Virus record (IMG/VR): IMGVR_UViG_2877826310_000002
Coordinates: 19,922-83,921 of that record
DNA length: 64,000 nt
Direction: 5' to 3' (one strand)
Source: a virus
Lineage: Duplodnaviria > Caudoviricetes
Shown in pieces: positions 35,940 to 46,752 of this stretch; the first letter of the stretch is position 1, and each line of letters opens with the position of its first letter. A program made the translations under genes and the position numbers. Under the pieces are notes generated by a model, which saw only the letters and a program-made list of their open reading frames with translations, had not been told where the DNA came from and ran no database searches.

Positions 35940-36425
35940 ATGGGAGGTACCGCCACGGTCGCCGGCCGTGGTCGCAAACCCAAGCCGACCGCCAAGAAAG
36001 CACTAGCCGGTAATCCCGGCAAACGCGCGCTGAATAAGGCCGAGCCCGCTTTTTCGAAGATCACAAATGTTGATCCGCCCGAATGGCTCAGCAACCGCGC
36101 TTCGCAGATGTGGAAGATGATTGTTCCTGAGCTTCTTCGCGAAAACGTGGTTGCGATAACTGATTTACACAACGTCGAAGCGTTCTGCGTTGCATACGAC
36201 AACTGGCGAATGGCGCAGGAGTCAGTCCAGGCCCACGGCATCGTAGTTACTGGTGCCACCGGCGGCCCGATGAAAAACCCGGCGCTCACCGCTGCGAACG
36301 AAACGATGCGTCAAATGGTGACGTTCGGTTCGATGCTGGGCCTGGACCCTGCCAGCAGGACACGCCTTATCGGCGGCAACAAGGAAAAAGAAACCAACGA
36401 ATTCGCCCAACTACTGAGATCGTAA
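35940..36425 (+). CDS. Terminase small subunit (P27 family)
   Basis: GRKPKPT..GNPGKR..KNPAL..LGLDPASR. Confidence 0.9.
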   Translation: MGGTATVAGRGRKPKPTAKKALAGNPGKRALNKAEPAFSKITNVDPPEWLSNRASQMWKMIVPELLRENVVAITDLHNVEAFCVAYDNWRMAQESVQAHGIVVTGATGGPMKNPALTAANETMRQMVTFGSMLGLDPASRTRLIGGNKEKETNEFAQLLRS

Positions 36426-38153
36426 ATGGCCAAGTCCGCCCACCCCAACGTCGATAAGGCGATGGTTTGGGGACGGTCTCTGTTGCGAGGGAAGGTCCCG
36501 GCCTGCCGCTACATTCATCAGGCCGTGCAGCGTCACTTCGACGATCTGGCAGCCAGTCGCAAGCGCGGGTTCAGATTCAAGTTCGATCCGGCGAAGGCTG
36601 AGAAAAAACTCAAGCTGATCCAGCTATTGCCGCATACCAAGGGCGAATGGGCGTTCAAGCGCCAGTTGATCACGCTTGAGGGATGGCAGCTCTTCGGCCT
36701 GGCTGTGACCTTCGGCTGGGTCAAGAAGAAGGGCGGGCACCGTAGGTTCCGCGAAAGCTACTGGGAGGTGCCGCGCAAGAACGGCAAGTCGGTTGTCGCC
36801 GGTGGTGTAGGCATTGGCATGTTCGTGGCCGACGATGAGTTCGGCGCCGAAGTCTATTCAGGCGCGACAACCGAGAAGCAGGCTTGGGAGGTCTTCAGGC
36901 CTGCAAAGCTGATGGTGACGAAATCGCCGATGCTGATCCAGGCTGCTGGCATTGAGGTTAATGCCTCAAACATGAACATCCCCTCAGACTTCAGCCGGTT
37001 TGAACCGCTGATCGGCAACCCTGGCGACGGTGCGTCACCCAGTTGTGCCATCGTCGATGAATATCACGAACACCCGACCTCGGCTCAGTACGACACGATG
37101 CTTACCGGCATGGGGGCTCGGCGTCAGCCGCTTATGTTCATTATCACCACAGCCGGCGCTGACATCGAAGGGCCTTGTTACGACAAGCGCCGCCAGGTCA
37201 TCGAGATGCTGGCTGGCACGGTTCCAGACGACGAGCTGTTCGGCTGGATCTGGACGCTTGATGAGGGGGACGACTGGACAGACCCCAAGATGCTGGCCAA
37301 GGCCAACCCGAACCACGGGGTATCCGTGTTTCAGGAGTATCTGGAGAGCCAGCAGGCTCGAGCGATTCGGTCTGCGCGTTTCACCAACACGTTTAAGACC
37401 AAGCATCTAAACCTTTGGGTGAGCGCCAAGTCCGGCTTTTTCAACATGGAGGACTGGAAGTCCTGCGAGGACACCTCGCTTACGCTCGATCAATTCGAGG
37501 GCCAGGAGTGGATAGCTGGTTTCGACCTTGCGCGAAAGCTGGACATGAACTCAAGGGCTCGCCTGTTTTGGCGGGTGATCGATGGAAAGACTCACTACTA
37601 CAGCGTGGCTCCCAAGTTTTGGGTGCCATACGACACCGCTTATGACAGCGACAACAAGCGGATGTCCGAGCGCTTCCAAGCCTGGCTGAACTCGAAACAC
37701 CTTGAGGTCACCGATGGTGCCGAGATCGATTACCGCGAAATTCTCGAAGACACCAAAGAGGCGAACAAGCACGCACCGCTGCGCGAGTCGCCGATTGACC
37801 CACACGGCGCTACTGGGTTGAGCCATGACCTCGACGACGAGGGTTTCAATCCGATCACCACCACCCAGAACTACACCAACATGTCCGACCCCATGAAGGA
37901 ACTGGAAGCGGCTATCACGGCTGGACGGTTCCACCATGACGGCAACCCGATCATGACCTGGTGTATTGCCAACGTGATTGGCAAGAACATGCCCGGTAAC
38001 GACGACGTAGTACGGCCCATTAAGCAGGGCGATGACAACAAGATCGACGGCGCAGTGGCGCTCATCATGGCCATAGGTCGGGTGCTGATCTTGGCAAACG
38101 ACGGCAGCGGAAATATCAGCGAGTTTTTCTCGCAACCAATCATCGTTGGATAA
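36426..38153 (+). CDS. Terminase large subunit
   Basis: [24 protein letters not shown]. Confidence 0.95.
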   Translation: MAKSAHPNVDKAMVWGRSLLRGKVPACRYIHQAVQRHFDDLAASRKRGFRFKFDPAKAEKKLKLIQLLPHTKGEWAFKRQLITLEGWQLFGLAVTFGWVKKKGGHRRFRESYWEVPRKNGKSVVAGGVGIGMFVADDEFGAEVYSGATTEKQAWEVFRPAKLMVTKSPMLIQAAGIEVNASNMNIPSDFSRFEPLIGNPGDGASPSCAIVDEYHEHPTSAQYDTMLTGMGARRQPLMFIITTAGADIEGPCYDKRRQVIEMLAGTVPDDELFGWIWTLDEGDDWTDPKMLAKANPNHGVSVFQEYLESQQARAIRSARFTNTFKTKHLNLWVSAKSGFFNMEDWKSCEDTSLTLDQFEGQEWIAGFDLARKLDMNSRARLFWRVIDGKTHYYSVAPKFWVPYDTAYDSDNKRMSERFQAWLNSKHLEVTDGAEIDYREILEDTKEANKHAPLRESPIDPHGATGLSHDLDDEGFNPITTTQNYTNMSDPMKELEAAITAGRFHHDGNPIMTWCIANVIGKNMPGNDDVVRPIKQGDDNKIDGAVALIMAIGRVLILANDGSGNISEFFSQPIIVG

Positions 38154-38164
38154 CTGGAATGCTC

Positions 38165-38329
38165 ATGAATACTGGCCTGCTCATTTTCTTATTAGCGGCG
38201 GCGGCAGGGCTGTGCTTGCTCGTTGGGGGCGTGTTCGTTCTGGCTGGCGCAGGCTGGTGCCTGGTCGCTGCCGGGATCGCTTGCCTTGCATCGGCGGGTT
38301 TCATTCGGAAGGGGCTGACCAGTGAGTAG
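38165..38329 (+). CDS. Small membrane protein before portal
   Basis: 54-aa hydrophobic ORF. Confidence 0.55.
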   Translation: MNTGLLIFLLAAAAGLCLLVGGVFVLAGAGWCLVAAGIACLASAGFIRKGLTSE

Positions 38330-39659
38330 ACCTCTCAAGGCGGTGTTACAGCAGGCTATGTTTAAGTCTGCGGAGCCCGGACTGGTCAAGTCCTCTCTGG
38401 CGGGTTGGGTTGGCCGCCGTATTGGCCTCGGCGACTCTGCATTCTGGAATGGGTTTCACGGCACAGACTCAGCCTCCGGAAAGACTGTCAGCCAGCAGAC
38501 AGCCCTCCAGCTCTCAACAGTATGGGCATGCGTTCGCTTGATTGCCGAGACGTTGGCCACGCTCCCTATTGCTCTGTACGAAGACAAGAACGCCGTGCCC
38601 GCAGTTGCTTCAATGCATCCGGTGCACCGCGTGATCAGCCAGCAACCCAATGCTGACCAGACGCCGGTCGAGTTTTGGGAGTGTGTGGTCGCAAGCCTTC
38701 TTCTCAACGGTAACAGTTTCAATGAGCCGCACTTTGTAGGTAACGACCTATCTGCGCTGGAATTCTTGCTGCCCCAGTCGGTTTCACCGCCCAGGCGGAT
38801 AGCCGGGGGCGCGATTGAATACCGGTTCATCGATAGCGACGGCAAGCCTCATACGCTTCTTGATGAGCAAATGATGCACACCCGCGGCTTCGGAACAGAT
38901 CCTCTTTGCGGTCTAAGCCCGCTTGCCATGGGGCGGAACGTCTTCGGTGCTGCGATGGCCGCCGATGAGTCGGCCAGCAAAATGTTCGCCAACGGAATGA
39001 AGCTTGGCGGCGTTCTGTCGACTGACCAGATACTGAACAAGGTTCAGCGCGAAGACATTCGCGAGGACATGGCCGCCAAGTTTGCAGGCGCGGTCAACAC
39101 CGGTAAGACGATGGTGCTGGAAGCTGGCATGAAATATCAGCAGGTGTCCATGACACCTGAAGATGCGCAGATGCTTCAAACCCGCGCCTTCAACGTAGAA
39201 GAGATCTGCCGATGGTTCCGGGTGCCGCCTTGGATGGTGGGGCACACCTCAAACAGCACCAGCTGGGGCACCGGAATGGAACAGCAGATGCTCGGCTTTC
39301 TGAGCTTCACCCTGCTGCCTTGGATGAAGCGAATTGAACAAAGCATAAACCGTAGGCTGCTGCGGCCTGATGAGCGTCGGCGCTTCTACGCCAAGTTCAA
39401 TCCTGAAGGCCTGCTTCGAGCAGACAGTGCTGCAAGAGCCGCCTTCTATAGCTCGATGACGCAAAACGGCATCTACACCCGTGACGAATGCCGAACTAAA
39501 GAAAACCTGGCGCCCATGGGCGGAAATGCAGCCCAGCTCACCGTCCAGTCGAACATGCTTCCTATCGACAAGCTCGGCGAGGGCTCTGGCGATGCTCAAC
39601 AGGCGCGATCCGCGCTAATCGACTGGCTTAATGACAAGCCCAAAGGAAATTCCGAATGA
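38322..39659 (+). CDS. Portal protein (HK97 family)
   Basis: VWACVRLIAE..GLSPL..EEICRWFRVPP. Confidence 0.95.
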   Translation: MSRPLKAVLQQAMFKSAEPGLVKSSLAGWVGRRIGLGDSAFWNGFHGTDSASGKTVSQQTALQLSTVWACVRLIAETLATLPIALYEDKNAVPAVASMHPVHRVISQQPNADQTPVEFWECVVASLLLNGNSFNEPHFVGNDLSALEFLLPQSVSPPRRIAGGAIEYRFIDSDGKPHTLLDEQMMHTRGFGTDPLCGLSPLAMGRNVFGAAMAADESASKMFANGMKLGGVLSTDQILNKVQREDIREDMAAKFAGAVNTGKTMVLEAGMKYQQVSMTPEDAQMLQTRAFNVEEICRWFRVPPWMVGHTSNSTSWGTGMEQQMLGFLSFTLLPWMKRIEQSINRRLLRPDERRRFYAKFNPEGLLRADSAARAAFYSSMTQNGIYTRDECRTKENLAPMGGNAAQLTVQSNMLPIDKLGEGSGDAQQARSALIDWLNDKPKGNSE

Positions 39660-40357
39660 ACCGAAAAGACCAGGTGATGGCGGTCAAGTACCGTTCATTT
39701 GACTATGACGTGAAGGCTGTCGGAGAAGACGGCCTTTTTTCTGGCTACGGCTCCGTGTTCGGCGTCGTGGACAGTTACAACGAGGTTGTCGCCCCCGGCG
39801 CTTTCCTTGAGTCAATCGCAGACGCCAAATCGAAAGGCAGGACCTTTCCGGTTCTCTGGCAGCACCGGACTGGCGAGCCCATCGGTAGCTGGAATATCGA
39901 GAGCCTGAAGGAAGACGATCGGGGTCTTTTCGGATCAGGCGAGCTCTGGCTGGAGGATGCCCCTTACGCCCGTATTGCTCAGCGCGGTATGAAAACCCGC
40001 TCGATCACCGGGCTTTCCATCGGTTACTACGTTCGCGCTTCTACCCGCGACGAAAAGACCGGGGTTCGCACACTGACCAAGCTTGATCTGGTCGAGATTT
40101 CAATCGTCACGGTACCGGCCAACGACGAGGCCCGAACCGACACTATCAAGTCGAAGCTGGCCCACGGCGGCCTGCCTTCACTACCTGAATTTGAGCTGCT
40201 CCTGCGCGAGGCAGGCTTCTCGAAAACTCAATCTGCGGTGATTGCCAACCGTGGATTGCAGCATTTGCTCCGGAGCGAGTCCGCGGGCGACCTGGCAGAC
40301 ACCGAACTTGTCGAGGCGATCAAGAAGCGCCCCGCACTGTCTCTCCCATCGTTTTGA
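39656..40357 (+). CDS. Prohead protease (HK97 family)
   Basis: LWQH, GLSIGY, EISIVTVPAN. Confidence 0.93.
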   Translation: MNRKDQVMAVKYRSFDYDVKAVGEDGLFSGYGSVFGVVDSYNEVVAPGAFLESIADAKSKGRTFPVLWQHRTGEPIGSWNIESLKEDDRGLFGSGELWLEDAPYARIAQRGMKTRSITGLSIGYYVRASTRDEKTGVRTLTKLDLVEISIVTVPANDEARTDTIKSKLAHGGLPSLPEFELLLREAGFSKTQSAVIANRGLQHLLRSESAGDLADTELVEAIKKRPALSLPSF

Positions 40358-40366
40358 GGATTCATC

Positions 40367-41620
40367 ATGCATAACGCACTGAGCAATGGCGCGCGCGCCG
40401 AAACCCGTCAAATGGAGCGCAAAGAGCGCGTCAATGATCAGATCGAGCTGAAAGCAGTCAACGAACTGCTGGACGAGCGCGACAAGGAAATCAAAGCCTT
40501 CGCCGAGAAAGCGAGCGCCGAGATCAAGGAGCACGGCTCTATCCTCGCGGATACCAAGACCGTCCTCGATGGCTTGGTTAAAAATGGTCTCGGCCTGCAG
40601 GATCGCCTGCAAGACATCGAGCAGAAGATGGCGCGCCGTTTTGCCGCCAACGACCCCACCGACCAGAAGTCGGCCGGTGAAGAGCTTTCCGAGTCCGAAG
40701 ACTTCCAAGCCCTCCAGGCTCGTGGCCGCGGTATCGCTCGGATCGGTCGCAAGGCAGTGACGAACATCACCAGCGGCTTGACGGGTACAGGCGGTGTTGG
40801 CGCGGCGATCCAGGCAACCCGTGTGCCAGGTATCGTCACCTCGCCTGATCGTGAGTTCACCATCCGCGACCTAATCATGCCTGGGCGCACTGCGTCCAAT
40901 GCGATTGAGTACGTTCGTGAGACAGGCTTCCAGAACATGGCTGCCGCTCAGGCTGGCGAGGGTGCCGCCAAGGCCCAATCCGACATTTCGTTCGGCCTGG
41001 TGACCACAACCGTCAAGACTATCGCTCACTGGTTCCGCGCTTCCAAGCAGGTGCTGTCTGATATTCCCCTGCTTCAGAGCTACATCAACGGTCGGGCAAT
41101 CTACGGCCTGAAATACAAGGAAGAGGAGCAACTGCTCGCTGGCGACGGCACTGGCCAGAACCTGCTGGGCCTGATCCCGCAAGCCACCTTGTTCAACGAA
41201 GCGCTGCGCAAGACTGGCGACACGAAGATCGACACCCTGCGCCGCGCCATCCTGCAGGTGCGTATCGCTGAATACCGTGCCTCGGCAATTGCGCTGAACC
41301 CTATCGACTGGGCGGACATCGAGCTGACCAAAGATGCAAACGGCTCGTACATCTGGGTCAATGTTCAGGAAGGTGGTGCGCAGCGTCTGTGGAAATTGCC
41401 GGTTGTGGACAGCAACGCTGTGCCAGAAGGCGAGTTCCTCGTTGGCGCAATGAACATCGCTGCCCAGGTGTTCGACCGCGAAGACGCTGCTGTGGAGGTC
41501 TCGACCGAAGACGGTGACAACTTCCGCACCAACATGGTGACCATCCGCGCTGAAGAGCGCTTGGCGCTGGCAGTTTACCGTCCCGAGTCGTTCGTGCACG
41601 GCGAGTTCGACGAAGCCTAA
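40367..41620 (+). CDS. Major capsid protein (HK97 fold)
   Basis: EGAAKAQSD..LLAGDGTG..AEERLALAVYRPESF. Confidence 0.95.
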   Translation: MHNALSNGARAETRQMERKERVNDQIELKAVNELLDERDKEIKAFAEKASAEIKEHGSILADTKTVLDGLVKNGLGLQDRLQDIEQKMARRFAANDPTDQKSAGEELSESEDFQALQARGRGIARIGRKAVTNITSGLTGTGGVGAAIQATRVPGIVTSPDREFTIRDLIMPGRTASNAIEYVRETGFQNMAAAQAGEGAAKAQSDISFGLVTTTVKTIAHWFRASKQVLSDIPLLQSYINGRAIYGLKYKEEEQLLAGDGTGQNLLGLIPQATLFNEALRKTGDTKIDTLRRAILQVRIAEYRASAIALNPIDWADIELTKDANGSYIWVNVQEGGAQRLWKLPVVDSNAVPEGEFLVGAMNIAAQVFDREDAAVEVSTEDGDNFRTNMVTIRAEERLALAVYRPESFVHGEFDEA

Positions 41621-41670
41621 GGCGAAAGCCACACAAAGGAGCGCACCCGGGAGACTGGGTGCGATCAGCT

Positions 41671-41904
41671 ATGCCAGATATTCAAGTGAAAACCATCAAG
41701 GGTTTCGATAGCGAAGGCCATTACGTCAAGCGTGGTTCAACGATCACTGTCGACGAGTTCCGCGCCTCGGACCTGCACGCTAACGGCCTGATCGAGGATT
41801 ACAAGGTGAAGAAGAGCGAAGAACTCAGCAACAAAAAGGCACCAGAGCCCGACAACAAGTCGCTCAACAAGCCGAAACAGGAACCAGTAAAAAAGGCCGG
41901 GTGA
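41671..41904 (+). CDS. Hypothetical head protein
   Basis: Small Lys-rich ORF after capsid. Confidence 0.55.
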   Translation: MPDIQVKTIKGFDSEGHYVKRGSTITVDEFRASDLHANGLIEDYKVKKSEELSNKKAPEPDNKSLNKPKQEPVKKAG

Positions 41905-41905
41905 T

Positions 41906-42382
41906 ATGAGCGTGATCAGCATTGATCTGGCGATGAACCACCTAGTGGCCGAGTCCGCAGATAAGCCGCTCATCCAGGCTCATCTGGATGGTGCAGAAGA
42001 CTCTGCGATGATGTTTTTACAGCGCAGATTCTTCGGCGATCAAGGGGATCTGGCCATGGCGAGAGCGGACGTCAAAGACCGCCTAAAGTCTAGCCGCGTT
42101 GCCTTCCAAGCTGCCAAGGACGCCGCAGCGTTAGTTGAGGATGAAGGTGATCGATGCCGATTACTTGCTCACGCGAAAAGCGAGTTGACCAGCGCTATAG
42201 ATGATATCGAAATGGACGCCTATGGAATTGTCATCAATCCCTCTATTACCGCTGCCTGCCTGCTGGCGCTTGGCAGCCTCTATGCCAACCGAGAAGACGT
42301 GGTGATCGGCACTACTGCTATTGAGCTGCCCAATGGCGCGAAGTATTTGCTGATGCCATATCGCATCCGGATGGGTGCGTGA
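41906..42382 (+). CDS. Head-tail connector (gp6-like)
   Basis: LYANRE..LP...LLMPYR. Confidence 0.85.
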   Translation: MSVISIDLAMNHLVAESADKPLIQAHLDGAEDSAMMFLQRRFFGDQGDLAMARADVKDRLKSSRVAFQAAKDAAALVEDEGDRCRLLAHAKSELTSAIDDIEMDAYGIVINPSITAACLLALGSLYANREDVVIGTTAIELPNGAKYLLMPYRIRMGA

Positions 42383-42720
42383 TGCGTGCTGGTCGATTGA
42401 GGCACCGAATAACGTTCCAGGCGCTGGGCCGACAGCAGGATCCTGCAACCGGTGAAGAGCTGGAGAGCTGGCAAACGGTGTGGGATAAGGTGCCCGCAGC
42501 GGTCGAGCCTCTCAGCTCCAGGGATTTGATGGCGGCGCAGGCGGGCCAGTCAGAGGCCACCGGCCGGATGGTGATTCGCTACCGCGCCGGTGTACTGCCC
42601 ACAATGCGAATTCTCTACCGCGGCGAGATCTACGGCATCAAAGGGCCGGCGCTGCCCGACCCGGATTCAGGTCTCGACTATCTCACCATTCTGGTGGCCA
42701 AGGGGGTCAGCGATGGCTGA
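42382..42720 (+). CDS. Head closure protein
   Basis: MRAGRLRHRITFQ. Confidence 0.85.
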   Translation: MRAGRLRHRITFQALGRQQDPATGEELESWQTVWDKVPAAVEPLSSRDLMAAQAGQSEATGRMVIRYRAGVLPTMRILYRGEIYGIKGPALPDPDSGLDYLTILVAKGVSDG

Positions 42721-43198
42721 CTCAGTGGATTTCCAGCTCGAGGGAATTGACTCTCTCGTTGGCAAGCTCGAATCGATCACTCAGGACATGAAGCGTAAGG
42801 GCGGTCGGTCGGCGCTGCGTAAGGCCGCCCAGCTGGTGGCCAACAAGATGAAAGAAGGCGCGCAGCGGATAGACGACCCTGAAACAGGCCGATCCATCGC
42901 GGACAACATCGCGCTTCGCTGGAACGGGAAATTGTTCAAGTCGAGCGGGGACCTGGGTTTCCGGGTTGGTGTTTTGCAAGGCGCTGTCCTCAAGAAGGGC
43001 GGCGACAAATCTGCGAACGCTGCGACGCCTCATTGGCGCCTGATCGAATTCGGTACTTCCAAAATGCGTGCAGATCCATTCGCGCGAAAAGCCTTGGCCG
43101 ACAACATAGCCGAGGCAACCAACACATTCATCACTGAATATGAGAAAGCCATTGACCGCGCGATTAAACGAGCGGCCAAGGCCTCAGGGGGGGCGTGA
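42713..43198 (+). CDS. HK97 gp10-like protein
   Basis: HWRLIEFGTSKMRADPF. Confidence 0.85.
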   Translation: MADSVDFQLEGIDSLVGKLESITQDMKRKGGRSALRKAAQLVANKMKEGAQRIDDPETGRSIADNIALRWNGKLFKSSGDLGFRVGVLQGAVLKKGGDKSANAATPHWRLIEFGTSKMRADPFARKALADNIAEATNTFITEYEKAIDRAIKRAAKASGGA

Positions 43199-43566
43199 TG
43201 CCATATGCACCCATATTCGCCGTATGCGCTGCTGACGAAGGGGTAACGGCACTACTTGGCGTCAACCCCACCAGGCTCTATCCGTTCGGAGAGGCACCGG
43301 AAGGCGTGGCGAATCCGTATGCAGTTTGGCAGGTCATCACAGGCCGCCCAGAAAACTACCTCGCAGGCCGCCCAGATGTCGATGGGTTCACGTTGCAGGT
43401 TGATGTCTATGCCGCCACAGGCGCGCAGGCAAGGGCAGTGACTGACGCGATCAGTCACGCCATTGAGCTCAAAGCGTATGTAGTCCGCTGGGGCGGCGAG
43501 AGCAAAGACACCGAAACAAAGCTGTACCGGTCCAGCTTCGATATCGACTGGCTTGTGCCCAGATAG
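43198..43566 (+). CDS. Tail terminator (DUF3168-like)
   Basis: [16 protein letters not shown]. Confidence 0.75.
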   Translation: MPYAPIFAVCAADEGVTALLGVNPTRLYPFGEAPEGVANPYAVWQVITGRPENYLAGRPDVDGFTLQVDVYAATGAQARAVTDAISHAIELKAYVVRWGGESKDTETKLYRSSFDIDWLVPR

Positions 43567-43630
43567 CCGAAACCCATTTATCCGGCCCGCCATGTGCGGG
43601 CTTTTTTATGTCCGACATTTGGAGAAAGCC

Positions 43631-44128
43631 ATGTCGATTCTTACCCAAGGCACTCAGGTTTTCGCGCTGGTGCCTTCCGCTGCCAATCCGGCGGTTCTCG
43701 AGATCCTCGAGATCGAATGCGCCACCGCATTCAGCCCGGGCGGCAACCCTGCCGACCAGATCGAAGTCACGTGCCTGAGCGATAAAGTCCGTCGTTACAT
43801 GCGCGGCCTTCGTACTCCGGGGCAAGCTTCCCTGACCCTGAACGCTGATCCTCGCAGCGCTTCTCACGTTCGTCTTCATCAGATTTCCGAAGACGACACT
43901 ATCGAGAGCGTGGCATGGGCTGTTGGCTGGGCTGATGGAACGGCTGCTCCGACACTGAACGTTGCCGGTGACGACTTTGAGCTGCCGACGAGTCGGACAT
44001 GGTTTATTTTCGATGGCTACGTTTCTGACTTCCCGTTCGACTTCGCAGCCAACACTGTGGTGACTACGGCCGCCACCATCCAGCGTTCGGGCGGCTCCGC
44101 CTGGGTTCGCAAGACAGCCAGCGCATAA
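43631..44128 (+). CDS. Major tail tube protein
   Basis: [14 protein letters not shown]. Confidence 0.85.
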   Translation: MSILTQGTQVFALVPSAANPAVLEILEIECATAFSPGGNPADQIEVTCLSDKVRRYMRGLRTPGQASLTLNADPRSASHVRLHQISEDDTIESVAWAVGWADGTAAPTLNVAGDDFELPTSRTWFIFDGYVSDFPFDFAANTVVTTAATIQRSGGSAWVRKTASA

Positions 44129-44137
44129 GGTATTTCC

Positions 44138-44575
44138 ATGAAACTAAGCCTTGAAAGCTTGAGGGGCGTCGGTGCATTTACCGGCCGCCCTGTTGAGAAA
44201 GAAATCAGATGGCAGCAGGGTGAAAAAGAGATCGTCGCCACGGTCTACGTCAGGCCGCTCGGGTTTCAAACGGCGATCAATGACGCGCTTTCGGCTGCCG
44301 GCAAGGTGCAGGTCCATGCGGGCCGAATTGCTGCAAGCATTTGCGATGAGGAAGGGAAGCCAGTCTTCACGGCTGAAGATATCACTGGCGAAGCTGATCC
44401 AACGCGTGGCTCGCTCGAACCCAGCCTGACTTTCGCGTTGCTGACAGTCATCGGCCAGGTCAACAGCATGGGAAAGACGACGCCCTCTCCGACGACGAAG
44501 AGTTCTGGCACGAGCTCGTCCTCGCCGGCATCGGCGGGCGCACGATCGCGGAAGCCAAAGAAACCCTCAGCCTGA
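44138..44575 (+). CDS. Tail assembly chaperone G; -1 frameshift product G-T ends at 44778
   Basis: G GGA AAG at 44470-44476; -1 frame open to TGA 44776-44778. Confidence 0.8.
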   Translation: MKLSLESLRGVGAFTGRPVEKEIRWQQGEKEIVATVYVRPLGFQTAINDALSAAGKVQVHAGRIAASICDEEGKPVFTAEDITGEADPTRGSLEPSLTFALLTVIGQVNSMGKTTPSPTTKSSGTSSSSPASAGARSRKPKKPSA

Positions 44576-44816
44576 TCGAGTTCAGGTCGTGGCGTAAATA
44601 CCGAGACCTGCGCGGCTCCCTGAATACAGGCATGCGGGTGGAGCGCGGCTCGGCCATGCTCGCCATGATGTACGCCAACGTGAACTACAAGGACGGTCCG
44701 TACAAGATTTTCGATTTCATGCCGCATGAGGTCGAGCAGCCCATCAGCCTTGAACAGGCGATGGAAAGCTGGGCGTGACATTGATAGAGTCGAGCCTTTC
44801 CAGCGGAGGACAGGAT

Positions 44817-45005
44817 ATGCGGCCAGTTGTTACGGAACAGACAAGCAAGCGTTATAAAGGATTCATGCTGATAGGAGGGCTCTTCTGTTGTGTGGGCGTC
44901 ATCGCTTTTTTTGGTGAAAACCCTATCGCAGGTGCATTTTTGTTCTTGGGTGGTCTTGTGACCTACCTATGGGCCAGAGCCGCTGCGTGGTGGAATCACG
45001 GTTAA
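44817..45005 (+). CDS. 62-aa two-TM moron protein
   Basis: GGAGG/AGGA RBS; downstream terminator; AT-richer. Confidence 0.6.
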   Translation: MRPVVTEQTSKRYKGFMLIGGLFCCVGVIAFFGENPIAGAFLFLGGLVTYLWARAAAWWNHG

Positions 45006-45542
45006 CAGCAAAATTTCAAAGACCCGCAAGCGCGGGTTTTTTTTCGCCTGGAGAAAGATGAATGAGCAAGTCGCTGGGCACGCTAACACTGGATTTGGTG
45101 GCCAGGATTGGATCGTTCACCGGGCCACTGGACCGGGCGAGCCAAGAGGCAAAGAAGCGCAACGCAGAAATCGCCAAGTCCTTTGAAAGCCTAGCCAAAG
45201 GTGTGGGGGTCGCCATTGCTGGAGTCCCTGCAGCTCTGACAGGGCTGGTCGCCTTCACGGCCGGCAGCGCTAAGGAAATTTCCAACCTTGCAGCGCTGGC
45301 TGGTCTCGGAACAACCGAGTTCCAGAAGTACGCGGCGGGCGCGAAGACCGTTGGCGTTGAACAGGACAAGCTCGCGGACATCTTCAAGGACACCAACGAC
45401 AAGCTGGGTGATTTCTTCAATACCGGCGGCGGCGAGCTGAAAGACTTCTTTGAGGTCATCGCGCCGAAAGTAGGTGTGACGGCGGAAAGCTTCAAAAAAT
45501 TAAACAGTGCAGAAGCACTTCAGTTGTATGTTTCTAGCCTAG

Positions 45543-46752
45543 GGAGACGCTGAAAAATTAACCCGTTCGCACCGTCTTCATTTCCAAGCCGGTTTTTTTC
45601 AACCTGCCGGCCTTGCTTTGCGTTTCTCGGGCAGATTTCTGCCCTCCTTTTGCTGATTGGCGGGCCAGTCCCGCCTTTCAGACGGATTTATCCTGCCGCC
45701 TGTTGCAAATACCGCTTGGCCAGCATCAGATTGGCCAACCCAAACAAACTGAACAACTGCGCTGTATTCTTTTCCAGCCCACGGTAGCGAACCTTGCGAT
45801 GATTGAAGCGCACCTTGATTACCTGGAAGGGGTGCTCGACCTTGGCGCGCAGTTGCGCCTTGGCATATTCAATTTTACGCTTGACCCGATACAGCACGCT
45901 GCCTTCGCCGTGCTGCTTGTAACTGCTTGGCCGTGCTGCAATCGACCAGATAACGTCCCGTTCAGCATGCTCCGGTCGCTTGGCCGCACCGGTGTATCCA
46001 GCGTCACCCGAAACATAGGTTTCGTCACCGTGCAGCAACTGGCCAACCTGGGTGACATCCGCCACGTTAGCGGCCGTCCCTACTACGCTGTGCACCAGCC
46101 CCGACGTGGCGTCTACACCAATGTGGGCCTTCATCCCGAAGTGCCATTGATTGCCTTTCCTGGCCTGATGCATCTCAGGATCACGCTTGCCTTCTCGGTT
46201 CTTGACCGAGGGCGGCGCGGCGATCAGGGTAGCGTCGACGATAGTGCCTTCCTTGAGCAGCAGCCCCCGGCTGGCCAGATGCTGGTTAATCGTTTCAAAC
46301 AGCAGCCGCGTTAGCTGATGGGTTTCCAGCAAGCGGCGAAAACGCAGCAAGGTGGTGGCATCCGGTGCCGACTCGCGACCCAGGTCGATACCCATAAAAC
46401 CGCGGATGGCCTGGCTGTCGTAGACGGCATCTTCGCAACCTTCATCGGAGAAACCGAAACACTGCTGCACGACGTACATGCGCAACATGCGCGACACCCC
46501 TATCGCAGGGCGTCCGCGCTTGCCTGCGGTGTTGCTATAAAACGGCGCCACTTGCGCCTCCAGCTGGGCCCAGGGCACCAACTGTTCAAGGTCAGCCAGG
46601 AAGCGATCTCGGCGAGTCTGCTTTTTCTTGCCGGTATATTCGAGTTCGGAGAAGGTTTTCTGCACGCGCGTAACGCTCACGGAGAGGGAGGCTGGTTGAA
46701 GGAACTTAGTGTGCCAAGGGTGGGGACAGTTGGCTATTTTTGCAGCGCCTCC
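45543..46752 (-). mobile_element. IS5-family element (IS52-like, 1210 bp)
   Basis: Imperfect IR GGAGRCGCTG; CTAG TSD at 45539 and 46753. Confidence 0.9.
45688..46680 (-). CDS. IS5-family transposase
   Basis: PDATTLLRFR, GTIVDAT, FGMKAHIGVD, RAKVEHPF. Confidence 0.93.
   Translation of the reverse strand: MSVTRVQKTFSELEYTGKKKQTRRDRFLADLEQLVPWAQLEAQVAPFYSNTAGKRGRPAIGVSRMLRMYVVQQCFGFSDEGCEDAVYDSQAIRGFMGIDLGRESAPDATTLLRFRRLLETHQLTRLLFETINQHLASRGLLLKEGTIVDATLIAAPPSVKNREGKRDPEMHQARKGNQWHFGMKAHIGVDATSGLVHSVVGTAANVADVTQVGQLLHGDETYVSGDAGYTGAAKRPEHAERDVIWSIAARPSSYKQHGEGSVLYRVKRKIEYAKAQLRAKVEHPFQVIKVRFNHRKVRYRGLEKNTAQLFSLFGLANLMLAKRYLQQAAG

Noticed and set aside
46318-46752. N-terminal part of the 843-aa ORF
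   Set aside because: It is the antisense frame of the IS transposase fused to the tape measure remainder
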